From Chloroflexaceae bacterium (lineage in GTDB: Bacteria > Chloroflexota > Chloroflexia > Chloroflexales > Chloroflexaceae), in contig DAOTUF010000260.1 in the NCBI GenBank assembly GCA_034437495.1, positions 1 through 32,465 of the forward strand: DNA of 32,465 nt, read 5' to 3'. The notes beneath the pieces were generated by a model. That model was not told the DNA's origin and did no database searches. It worked only from the letters and a program-made list of their open reading frames with translations. Each line of letters begins with the position of its first letter. Within the stretch, counting starts at the first letter, position 1. Shown here piece by piece: positions 17,546 to 25,351 of this stretch. A program made the translations under genes and the position numbers.

Positions 17546-18436
17546 ATGAGCGGGACAAAGAAGCTCTGGGAACAGATTTACGAGGAAACCATCTGGGATG
17601 AGGAGGCGGCGAAGTCCATTGCCTACCGGATGGAGTGGCAGGGGATGTCGCGCTCCGAAGCGGAGGCCCGTCAGCGCGAGGAAACCCGTCACTACCAGCA
17701 GCAGAGCGTGTATACTCTCATGGTGGGCGACCTCTGCGTTGATTATGAGCATGGCGAGGTGTGGTTCGATGGGCAGCGGGTCGATGTCAACCCCGTCGAA
17801 TACCGCCTGCTCCTCTGCCTGACCGCCATCCCTGGCCGCCTCATGCCCTACAGCGACATCCTGCGCCAGATGCATATCCGGATCTGGGAGCATGGGTCCC
17901 AGGAGTTTTTGCAGTCCCACGTCCGAAACCTGTACCAGAAGATAGACCCGCGCTACCTGGTTGAATTGTATGGTGTTGGCTACCTGGTCATCGACCCGGA
18001 GGAGGTGGATCGGTATGGCGGGGGGAACCGCCGCCCATTCCGCACGGCCATCATCAGCAATCATATTATCCACATTGCCGATGATGGTTCGCTGGTGGTC
18101 CAGGAGATGGGCAGTATGGACTCCACCGTCCTCCCCCCCCAGGTCTCGGTGGCGCTCCGAATGTTCTTCCATCGCCAGGAATCGGTCGTGCCGCTCGCCC
18201 CCAACAAAGACCCGCTGACCAATGATGAGATGGCGATTATGCCGCTGGCGGCCTGTGGTTATTCTGATGACGTTATCGCCAGCCACCTGGGAATGGTCGC
18301 CGCAGAGGTGCGGCACCATATCAATCGGATTCTGGTCAAGTTCCAGCTTGAAAATCAAGTGCAGCTGGCGATGCATATGGTTCGGCGGGGGCTTATCCGC
18401 ACGGAAGATGGCATCATTGCGCGGGGGGTAGTCTGA
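17546..18436 (+). CDS. Transcriptional regulator with an OmpR/PhoB-type winged-helix domain and a C-terminal LuxR/GerE-type HTH, without a receiver domain
   Basis: LMVGDLCVDYEHGEVWFDGQRVDVNPVEYRLLLCL...VRNLYQKI...YGVGYLV resembles Trans_reg_C. LTNDEMAIMPLAACGYSDDVIASHLGMVAAEVRHHINRILVKFQLENQVQLAMHMVRRGLI resembles GerE. The start is ambiguous: ATG 17546 follows a GGGAG SD, and ATG 17522 is an alternative. Confidence 0.7.
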   Translation: MSGTKKLWEQIYEETIWDEEAAKSIAYRMEWQGMSRSEAEARQREETRHYQQQSVYTLMVGDLCVDYEHGEVWFDGQRVDVNPVEYRLLLCLTAIPGRLMPYSDILRQMHIRIWEHGSQEFLQSHVRNLYQKIDPRYLVELYGVGYLVIDPEEVDRYGGGNRRPFRTAIISNHIIHIADDGSLVVQEMGSMDSTVLPPQVSVALRMFFHRQESVVPLAPNKDPLTNDEMAIMPLAACGYSDDVIASHLGMVAAEVRHHINRILVKFQLENQVQLAMHMVRRGLIRTEDGIIARGVV

Positions 18437-18499
18437 GGCGGCGGAGGGGGACAGCTCCCTGCGCCCCTCCGCAGGACCTCCGAGCGTGGTAGGCAGCGT

Positions 18500-19210
18500 A
18501 TGGAAGATGCAATCCATCACTTCGTGCTCGTATTGAAGCGGGAGGAAGTTTCGGTCATCATCGGGCTGGCCTGTGTCACGATGGTGCTGTGGGATGTTCC
18601 CCTGGTGCGCCAGGTGCTTTATCCGTTTCGCCTCTTCAATACGTTCGTCCACGAACTGGGGCATGGCATTGCGGCAACCGCGACGGGGGGGACGTTCAAG
18701 TACTTGATTGTCAACCCGAATATGTCCGGGGAGGCGTGGACAGCCGGCGGCAACCGCTTCATTATCGCCAGTTCGGGGTATCTGGGAAGTATGCTCTTCG
18801 GGGGAGCACTCATTGTCGTCACTTCCTGGGAGAACGTGACCGCCAGCGGGGTGTTTTTCTGCCTCGGGGTCGGGTTTGGCATCCTGTGTGTGCTGTTTGT
18901 GCGCAACTGCTTCGGGTTGCTGATGTCCATTGTCCTCACGGTGGGGTTGCTGGCCGCCGGGGTCTACCTTGAGGCTCCGTGGGACGGCTACCTGCTGCTC
19001 TTTCTGGCGGTGCAGGCCACCCTCAATGCCCTCAACAGTCTGGTGCATTTGCTGAAGGTGACGGCCCGGAAGGAGAAGAGCATCAACGATGCCGCGGCGA
19101 TGGCTGAGATATTCCCCCTCCCGGCCATGGTCTGGGCGATGGTGTGGGGGGTGCTGTCGATCGGCATTCTGGTGGGGGCGCTGAACATTGCCTACCCGCC
19201 AGCGGGATGA
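18500..19210 (+). CDS. M50B-like integral membrane metallopeptidase (HExxH)
   Basis: FVHELGHGIAATATGG is followed by several TM helices (SGYLGSMLFGGALIVV, VFFCLGVGFGILCVLFV and others). 236 aa. Confidence 0.7.
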   Translation: MEDAIHHFVLVLKREEVSVIIGLACVTMVLWDVPLVRQVLYPFRLFNTFVHELGHGIAATATGGTFKYLIVNPNMSGEAWTAGGNRFIIASSGYLGSMLFGGALIVVTSWENVTASGVFFCLGVGFGILCVLFVRNCFGLLMSIVLTVGLLAAGVYLEAPWDGYLLLFLAVQATLNALNSLVHLLKVTARKEKSINDAAAMAEIFPLPAMVWAMVWGVLSIGILVGALNIAYPPAG

Positions 19211-19228
19211 GGAGACGAGGGGAAGCGT

Positions 19229-20179
19229 ATGCCAGAGACGTTTGCTATCCAGACCCGGAACCTGACCAGACACTTCAAACAGCGCGTGGCGGTTGAGGAT
19301 GTTTCGCTGGAGGTGCGGCCCGGGGAGGTGTTCGGGTTTCTGGGGCCGAACGGCTCCGGGAAGACCACCACCATTGCCATGCTCCTCGGGCTGATTGCCC
19401 CGACGCGTGGGCAGGCTATGGTGCTCGGGCACGATGTGCAGCGGGCGACCGCTGACGCTCTCCGCGGGGTTGGCGCAATGATTGAGCAGCCGGCCTTCTA
19501 CCCCTACCTGAGCGGACGCAACAATCTGCGGGTGCTCGCCCGGGTGGGAAACGTCCCCGAATCGCGCATTGACGCGGTGCTCAAGCTGGTGGACCTGGAG
19601 GAGCGGGCGAAGGACCGCTTCAAAACCTATTCGCAGGGGATGAAACAGCGGCTCGCGATTGCAGCGGCGCTCCTGCCCGACCCGCAGGTCATCATCCTCG
19701 ATGAGCCGACCAACGGCCTCGACCCGTCGGGGATGGTCGAAATCCGCGACCTGATTGCCACCCTGTCGGGGCAGGGGCACACGATTTTCCTGAGCAGCCA
19801 TCTGCTGTTTGAGGTGGAGCAGGTATGCCACCGGGTAGCCATCCTGAAGGAGGGCCGCGTGCTGGCGCAGGGGACGGTGGACGAACTGCTCCAGCGGGGC
19901 CGTGGCATCCAGGTGCGCGTGGCCAGTGACCCGGCGCGGGCCGTGGAGGTGCTGCGGTCGGTGGACTGGGTAGGCGATATCCAGCAGCAGGACCACGTGC
20001 TAATAGTTGCTGCCCCTGGTTCCCGCACGCCAGAAATCAACGCCCTGCTTGCCCGCCATGACATTCCCGTGGCTGAAATCCGCGCCCACGAGGGGAGCCT
20101 GGAGCAGTTCTTTCTCGAAATCACGCACGACGAAAAGGGTGCTCCGCAGGGCGGAGGGGGAGCGGCAGGCGGGGGGTGA
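19229..20179 (+). CDS. ABC transporter ATP-binding protein (ABC-2/CcmA-like exporter type)
   Basis: Walker A GPNGSGKTT, signature YSQGMKQRL, Walker B IILDEPTNGLD, H-loop SSHLL. 18 nt after the M50B gene. Confidence 0.92.
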   Translation: MPETFAIQTRNLTRHFKQRVAVEDVSLEVRPGEVFGFLGPNGSGKTTTIAMLLGLIAPTRGQAMVLGHDVQRATADALRGVGAMIEQPAFYPYLSGRNNLRVLARVGNVPESRIDAVLKLVDLEERAKDRFKTYSQGMKQRLAIAAALLPDPQVIILDEPTNGLDPSGMVEIRDLIATLSGQGHTIFLSSHLLFEVEQVCHRVAILKEGRVLAQGTVDELLQRGRGIQVRVASDPARAVEVLRSVDWVGDIQQQDHVLIVAAPGSRTPEINALLARHDIPVAEIRAHEGSLEQFFLEITHDEKGAPQGGGGAAGGG

Positions 20180-20250
20180 TGGGCCGCCACGGTCGTGTCA
20201 CCTACTGCCCATCCTCCCCTCACCCCGCACTCACCACCGTCTGCCGTTCC

Positions 20251-20448
20251 TCACTGCCGCGGGCGGGTGTTCCCCGCTGATGGGGGCGTGGGGGTGACTC
20301 CTTCCAGCGCCGCCAACCGGCCCCGCAGGTGTTTCACCTGCTCCTGGAGCAATACCAGGTGTTGCAAGATATGCCCGTTAGTCTGCTCTGACGTGAAGAT
20401 ACCCTGGCTCCACTGCCGCAACACCTCATCCAGTGCGTAGGTGCTCAT
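20251..20448 (-). CDS. Hypothetical 65-aa protein (MSTYALDEVLRQWSQGIFTSEQTNGHILQHLVLLQEQVKHLRGRLAALEG...)
   Basis: Internal ATG 20448 of track ORF 20251-20634 is preceded by a GAAAGGAGA SD at 7 nt. A predicted helical/leucine-zipper-like core precedes a Pro-rich tail. Confidence 0.5.
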   Translation of the reverse strand: MSTYALDEVLRQWSQGIFTSEQTNGHILQHLVLLQEQVKHLRGRLAALEGVTPTPPSAGNTRPRQ

Positions 20449-20465
20449 GGTTGCTGTCTCCTTTC

Positions 20466-20600
20466 CTGCTGGTCTTTCCAGCAGCCTCTTTACGTTTCCC
20501 GGGCCCCGAAAGCATGGTAGAATAAGCAGCACCGCGGGGCACACTCCGGTGCTGCGCCGGGAAGGGTTGCGCTGAGCCTTCCAGTTCTGCAACGCAACCC
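20466..20600 (-). promoter_or_regulatory. Structured 5' leader (three hairpins) upstream of the 65-aa gene; cis-regulatory or sRNA candidate
   Basis: Hairpins: GGGTTGCG/CGCAACCC (20564-20600); GCAGCACCG/CGGTGCTGC (20526-20555), followed on the minus strand by UUAUUCU; CTGCTGG/CCAGCAG (20466-20484), directly 5' of the SD. Confidence 0.4.
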
Positions 20601-20624
20601 ACCTTGTATTTATACGTTCAACCA

Positions 20625-20653
20625 ATTTTAGCATACTTTGCCCAGGAAATCAA
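20625..20653 (-). promoter_or_regulatory. Sigma-70-like promoter driving the structured leader and 65-aa gene
   Basis: On the minus strand: TTGATT (20653-20648), 17-nt spacer ending in TGC, TAAAAT (20630-20625). The -35 abuts or overlaps the divergent XRE start codon. Confidence 0.5.
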
Positions 20654-20865
20654 TGCAACGATTCCCTGAGAAACTCCGAGCGCTCCGTTCGCGGCATGGG
20701 ATGTCGCAAAATCGTCTAGCTCAGGCAATCGGAGTAACGCATACCCATATTCAGCGTCTTGAACAGGGTATCAATAAACCTGGTGCGGAAGTGGTCTTGA
20801 AACTGGCGGCCTATTTCGGCCTCACGCCGAATGACCTGCTGCTCGATGAGGTTGAGTTGGAATAG
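20653..20865 (+). CDS. XRE-family helix-turn-helix transcriptional regulator (70 aa)
   Basis: LRALRSRHGMSQNRLAQAIGVTHTHIQRLEQGINKPGAEVVLKLAAYFGLTPNDLL is a classic HTH_3. ATG 20653 has an AGGAAA SD; the track TTG 20638 is an alternative. Confidence 0.8.
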   Translation: MQRFPEKLRALRSRHGMSQNRLAQAIGVTHTHIQRLEQGINKPGAEVVLKLAAYFGLTPNDLLLDEVELE

Positions 20866-20885
20866 GTGATATCCGTGATGGATGA

Positions 20886-21785
20886 ATGATGAGTACAGCA
20901 CAGGAATACCCCATGGCGACCATAACCATCGACCCCGCCCTCTGCAAGCGCTGCGGGGCGTGTGTCCACTCGTGCCCGGAGGCCGTGTTTGCCAGGCAGG
21001 ACCCGAAGGAGATCCCGTCCGTGGTCAACCCGGACCTGTGTATTGCGTGCGGGCAGTGCGTGGTCCTCTGTTCGCAGGGCGCAGTTGCCCACCGCGACTA
21101 CCCGCCGGAGCGCCTGCACCCGGTGGTCGCCCAGGACCTCCCCTCGTCCGAACAGGTGCTCACCCTCCTCAAAACGCGCCGCTCCGTGCGGGCCTTCAAG
21201 CGCACGCCGATTGAACGCTCCCTCATTGAGCAGGTCATCGAGGGGTCCCGCTTTGCGCCCAGTGCCCACCATGTGCAGAGCACCCACTTCATCGTGGTGC
21301 AGGATGCCGCCACCCTGCGCCAGATTGTGGACCTGACGGTGGGCTACTTTGCGTCCACGGCCCGCCTCCTGCGCCATCCCATCATTCGCCCGCTGGCCTC
21401 GCTGGTCATGCGGGACGAGATAGCCGGTGCCCTGCCGCTGCTGCACGACTTTGATATGCTGGTAGAGGCTCACCGCAACGGCGAGGATATGGTGCTGCAC
21501 CACGCCCCGGCCCTGCTCCTGGTACATGCCAGCCGGCGGGTCAACCTTGCCGACGTGAACGCGAACCTTGCGCTGCAAAACGCGATGCTCACCGCGCACA
21601 GCCTGGGGTTGGGGAGCTTCTACGCGGGCTATGTGACCGCCGCCTGCCAGCGCGAAGCCCACCTCGCCCGCCTGCTCGCGCTCCCTGCCCACCACCGGGT
21701 GTATGGCGCACTGGCGCTCGGCTCCCCCCGGTTTGCGTATGAGCGCTGGATGGAGCGCCGCCCTGCCCAGGTGGAGTGGCGGTAG
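20886..21785 (+). CDS. 2x[4Fe-4S] ferredoxin domain fused to a nitroreductase-family domain
   Basis: CKRCGACVHSCP and CIACGQCVVLCS motifs, then TRRSVRAFK...APSAHHVQ...HHAPALLLV, which is nitroreductase-like. Alternative start at ATG 20913 (MATITIDP). Confidence 0.85.
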   Translation: MMSTAQEYPMATITIDPALCKRCGACVHSCPEAVFARQDPKEIPSVVNPDLCIACGQCVVLCSQGAVAHRDYPPERLHPVVAQDLPSSEQVLTLLKTRRSVRAFKRTPIERSLIEQVIEGSRFAPSAHHVQSTHFIVVQDAATLRQIVDLTVGYFASTARLLRHPIIRPLASLVMRDEIAGALPLLHDFDMLVEAHRNGEDMVLHHAPALLLVHASRRVNLADVNANLALQNAMLTAHSLGLGSFYAGYVTAACQREAHLARLLALPAHHRVYGALALGSPRFAYERWMERRPAQVEWR

Positions 21786-21834
21786 GGGCGCAAACGAAAA
21801 GCCTTCCCCCCGCTCCCTGCCCCCTCTCCGTTCA

Positions 21835-24090
21835 TCACCTGCCGAGCGAGAAGGCATACAGCCGTCCGCTCATTGTCGCAACGTAGAGCATCTTCCCGTC
21901 CGCTCCGAGCACCGGCGGTGCGTGGATGGCTCCGCGCAGGTGTGCCTGCCAGAGCAGGTGTCCACGACCGTCCAGCGCGAGCAACCGTTCATCCTCCGTG
22001 CCAAGGTACAGGATGCCCGCCTCGCTCTGCACCGGCGGACCCCGCAGGTCGCTGCCGGTCGGAACCTGCCACGGCTGTGTTCCCAGGGCGTGGAGCACCC
22101 CGTCACGCGCAGCAACGAACACAGCACGGGGATCATCCTGCCCGATGAGGGGGGCAGCTTCGATGGGTACGCCAACCCGGTCGGTTGTCACCACGCTGCC
22201 TCGGCGGTCGAGCACCACCACATCCCCGTCCACGGTCGCCACCACCACGCCTCCGCTGCGGTCGGGGGTGAGGGGGGGCCATAGCTCCTGCTCCAGTTCG
22301 GTATTCCACGGCACCTCCCCGTCGGTCCCCATCTTGAGGATGCTTCCCGCGGCGGTGCCCACCAGGAGCAACCCGTCGCTGCTCAGCGCGAGGGGCGTGG
22401 TCTCGCTCTCCAGGTCGCGGGTCCAGACCTCCTGCCCCTCCTCGTCAAACGCCACCACCTCACCAACGCTGGTCACTCCGTAGAGGTGCCCATCGTGGAA
22501 CACCGGACTCCCGCGCAGGGGGCTGCGGAGGCGTACGGTCCAGGCCACGCGCCCATCGGGGTGCAGCGCGGTGAGCAGGCTGCTGCTGTCGCCCAGGTAG
22601 AGGGTGCCGTCGGGCGCACGGGCAGGGGTGCTGCTGACCATCCCCGAGGCGTGGTAGGCCCACTGGAGCGTGCCAGCAGGGGTGATGGCGTAGAGCGTGC
22701 CGGGGTCGCTGATGGCGTAGATGGTGCCATCGGGAGCCAGCAGCGGCGGCGAACGCATGGGTCCCCGCCCGGGGAAGGTCCAGGCATAGGCCGCGGCTGC
22801 CCCCGCAGAGAGGAGGGGGGGACGCTCGATATCTTGCAGGGCATTGACGTTCATTTGCAGGGTCAGGTAGGCCGGGCGGATGCTCCAGTCGGGGTTGAGG
22901 ATGCTGAAACCGGCCTTCTCATCGCCAGGTTCCGTGATGACGCTGAAGTTGAGGTTCCAGACGAACACCCCCCCCACCCAGGGGTAGGACTGACGGACCA
23001 TCCACAGCGTGTCTACCAGGTAGCGCGACTGCTCCTCCTCGCTCACGGGTTCCGGGGCCCCCTCGGCGGGGGAGGTGTTCCACCCCACCTCGGTTATCCA
23101 GACCGGGCGCGTGTCTCCGTGCTGGCGCATCAGGTCATGCACCCGTTCGATATGGCGGAAGTAGTGGTGCGACTGCTGCGGAGCATCGGCGGGCCACCGC
23201 GCTCCGGGGGGGTGGGGACCGGCGCCGGGGTGGACGGCAACCACATCGGCGACGTGCAGGAATGCCCCCTCGTCAAGCGCATACAGCGCCTCGTAGAAGG
23301 GCAGGTCGTCGGTGGCAACGGCGGGGTCGGGCTGGTTCGTTGCCGCGAGGGGAGCAGCCAGCACCAGGGCACACGGGTCGGCCTCTTTGATGGCGGGGTA
23401 GGCGGCCTGGAGCGTGGCAAGGTACGTGGCCGGGTCGCCGGGCGCTCCCCCGCTCTCGTGGGACAGGTTTGGCTCATTCCAGATTTCATAGGCCGAGACG
23501 CGACCGCGGTAGCGGGTGGCAAGCTGACGAAGAAAGGTGGCCAGGGTGGTGGGGTCGTCGGGGAGGCCGCTGTGCCCGGTGCTGGTGGCCCACGCGGGCG
23601 AACGCACCACGCTGAGCATAATGCGCAGGTCGTGGGAGCGGGCCGCGCTCACCACCTGGTCAAGCGGCGTCCACACCAGTTGTCCGCGTTTGCCCTCCAG
23701 GTCGCGCCAGTGTATCTGCTGGCGCACCCACCCGAACCCCGCAATGCCCGTCAGCGTCAGCACCCGCTCGCTATCGGTTCCGAGCAGGAAGGCGTTGATG
23801 CCGTAGTGCAGGCGGGGAAGCGAGGGGGATGACCTTGCTTCTGCCGCTGACGCTGCTTCCGCGCTCTCCCCTGCCTCCCGCACCTGCTCGGCCAGACACT
23901 CGCCGGTGAGGGGAGCAAACAGGGGCACGGGGGTGCCGGTTCTCCAGGGCGATACGGTTGGCTCCTGCCCGACCGGAGGGGTGGGGGGTGGGGTGGTTGG
24001 TGGCGGCGCGGGGTGCAAACACCCGGCGAGGAGCAGGGTGAGCAGCAAGAGCACGATGGGTCCGGGGCGCATGGGCGTGGGCATGGGCAT
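21835..24090 (-). CDS. Lipoprotein: clan GH-A (GH5/GH39-like) glycoside hydrolase domain fused to a PQQ-like (BamB-type) beta-propeller
   Basis: Lipobox LLLAGC after MPMPTPMRPGPIVLLLLTL. YEIWNEPN (acid/base Glu) and WITEVGW (nucleophile Glu). The C-terminal half has repeated DGT(I/L)Y...G.L.A....G...W units. GGAAGGAGGAA SD. Confidence 0.8.
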   Translation of the reverse strand: MPMPTPMRPGPIVLLLLTLLLAGCLHPAPPPTTPPPTPPVGQEPTVSPWRTGTPVPLFAPLTGECLAEQVREAGESAEAASAAEARSSPSLPRLHYGINAFLLGTDSERVLTLTGIAGFGWVRQQIHWRDLEGKRGQLVWTPLDQVVSAARSHDLRIMLSVVRSPAWATSTGHSGLPDDPTTLATFLRQLATRYRGRVSAYEIWNEPNLSHESGGAPGDPATYLATLQAAYPAIKEADPCALVLAAPLAATNQPDPAVATDDLPFYEALYALDEGAFLHVADVVAVHPGAGPHPPGARWPADAPQQSHHYFRHIERVHDLMRQHGDTRPVWITEVGWNTSPAEGAPEPVSEEEQSRYLVDTLWMVRQSYPWVGGVFVWNLNFSVITEPGDEKAGFSILNPDWSIRPAYLTLQMNVNALQDIERPPLLSAGAAAAYAWTFPGRGPMRSPPLLAPDGTIYAISDPGTLYAITPAGTLQWAYHASGMVSSTPARAPDGTLYLGDSSSLLTALHPDGRVAWTVRLRSPLRGSPVFHDGHLYGVTSVGEVVAFDEEGQEVWTRDLESETTPLALSSDGLLLVGTAAGSILKMGTDGEVPWNTELEQELWPPLTPDRSGGVVVATVDGDVVVLDRRGSVVTTDRVGVPIEAAPLIGQDDPRAVFVAARDGVLHALGTQPWQVPTGSDLRGPPVQSEAGILYLGTEDERLLALDGRGHLLWQAHLRGAIHAPPVLGADGKMLYVATMSGRLYAFSLGR

Positions 24091-24140
24091 GGGCGTGGTT
24101 CCTCCTTCCTCTTGAGCGCATGGTATGGTATTGATAGTTT

Positions 24141-24149
24141 ATGATACCA
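24141..24149 (-). promoter_or_regulatory. Candidate extended -10 (TGGTATCAT on minus strand) for the GH/propeller lipoprotein gene
   Basis: Reverse complement of 24141-24149 is TGGTATCAT, about 50 nt upstream of ATG 24090. Confidence 0.4.
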
Positions 24150-24328
24150 GCGATATCGGATATGGGCGAATCCGGCTCTTCCCCCTCGTCCTCCTCGTCC
24201 TCCTCTTTCCCCCCCTTCCCGTCGGGCCGCAGCGGGCGCACGCTGGAGCGTTCCGGGGTATAATGGGGAGCGCCATTCCTGAGAGGGGGTGGTTCTGTGG
24301 TCGCGTTGCCATCGGAGGGGGTACCCTG

Positions 24329-25249
24329 ATGCGAAACCTGATACCTGTCAACCTGATACACGCCGAGTGGCTGAAACTCTCCCGCCGACCCATGGCGTGG
24401 GTGCTGCTCATCATCTTTCTTATCTTCCTGCTGTTCTCGCTCTCCGTCCCCTTCCTGGTGCTGGCCCTGCACGACGGGGTCTTCACCGGGGGCGAAACTC
24501 GCGCTACCTTTCCCATCATCACCGAGGCGCAGATGGAGCAATTCCGTCTCCAGCTTCGTTTCCCCGGTCTCTTCGGGGAAATCCTGGGTCAGGTGAACGG
24601 GGTGGGCGGCATCCTGGCCGTTCTGCTGGCGGCGGGGGCGATGGGAGGCGAGTATGATTGGGGGACGCTGCGGGTGCAGCTTGCCCGCTTCCCCGACCGC
24701 GGGCGCTACCTGCTGGCCAAGGTCGTCGCCCTGCTGCTCATTCTGCTGGCTGGTATGGCCATTGTGCTGGTGGTGGGGTCGCTGTTCGGCCTGTTCTTGA
24801 GCCTGGTGCTCGGCAGCGTGGGGCACGTCGGCCTTTCTGACGTGGCACTCCTGCCGATTGGAATGGTGCGGGCGCTCTTCATTATGCTGCCCTACCTGAT
24901 GTTTGCCATTGCGACATCCACGCTCGGGCGTTCAACGATGGCAGGCATTGCGGGGGGCATTCTGCTCATCGTGGTGGATGCGGGCGCGGGAGCACCGGCG
25001 CTGCTGGCCGCGGTGGACAACCCCGTAGTCAACCTGCTCTACAACCTGCTTATCCAGCAGAATGTCAATGCGCTGGTGGTGGTCAATCGCAGCGCCTACG
25101 GGCTTGACCCGGCGGTGATGACCAACCTCGACCCGTCGCAGCTTCCGCACCCCTTCCAGGCAGCGGTGGTGGTGGCGTGCTACAGTCTGCTCTTCCTGGG
25201 CTACGCCTGGTTCCTGCTGACGCGGCGCGATGTGCCGGGGAGAGCGTAG
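24329..25249 (+). CDS. ABC-2-type transporter permease (6 TM)
   Basis: MRNLIPVNLIHAEWLKLSRRPMAWVLLIIFLIFLL is a typical ABC-2 permease N-terminus, followed by multiple TM helices. A GGAGGGGG SD lies 8 nt upstream and TATAAT lies at 24259-24264. Track start 24125 is an extension. Confidence 0.75.
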   Translation: MRNLIPVNLIHAEWLKLSRRPMAWVLLIIFLIFLLFSLSVPFLVLALHDGVFTGGETRATFPIITEAQMEQFRLQLRFPGLFGEILGQVNGVGGILAVLLAAGAMGGEYDWGTLRVQLARFPDRGRYLLAKVVALLLILLAGMAIVLVVGSLFGLFLSLVLGSVGHVGLSDVALLPIGMVRALFIMLPYLMFAIATSTLGRSTMAGIAGGILLIVVDAGAGAPALLAAVDNPVVNLLYNLLIQQNVNALVVVNRSAYGLDPAVMTNLDPSQLPHPFQAAVVVACYSLLFLGYAWFLLTRRDVPGRA

Positions 25250-25312
25250 GCGGGGGAACGACGGGAGGAAGGTTTCATCGGCTTTTGCCAGGTCTTCTGT
25301 TCATCTGTTCAT

Positions 25313-25351
25313 CCAGGGAATTCGAAACCCGTAGGATTCCTGGTATTTTTG
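25313..25351 (+). terminator. Intrinsic terminator after the permease gene
   Basis: CCAGGGAAT (25313-25321) pairs with ATTCCTGG (25336-25343) with one bulge, followed by TATTTTTG. Confidence 0.6.

Noticed and set aside
17207-19996. 929-aa minus-strand ORF spanning the regulator, the M50B peptidase and most of the ABC ATPase
   Set aside because: Its translation is R/H/P/G-rich with no motifs. The plus-strand genes it shadows carry unambiguous signatures (HELGH, Walker A/B, LuxR HTH) and SD sites. This is a typical antisense open frame of high-GC DNA.
20251-20865. Toxin-antitoxin pair (small protein plus XRE antitoxin)
   Set aside because: The genes are divergent rather than co-transcribed, they are separated by about 200 nt of structured leader, and the 65-aa protein shows no recognisable toxin fold or motif.
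25313-25343. tRNA-like T-arm string (ttcgaaacc) in the intergenic region
   Set aside because: No acceptor, D or anticodon arms can be built around it. It is the loop of a hairpin followed by a T tract, i.e. an intrinsic terminator.
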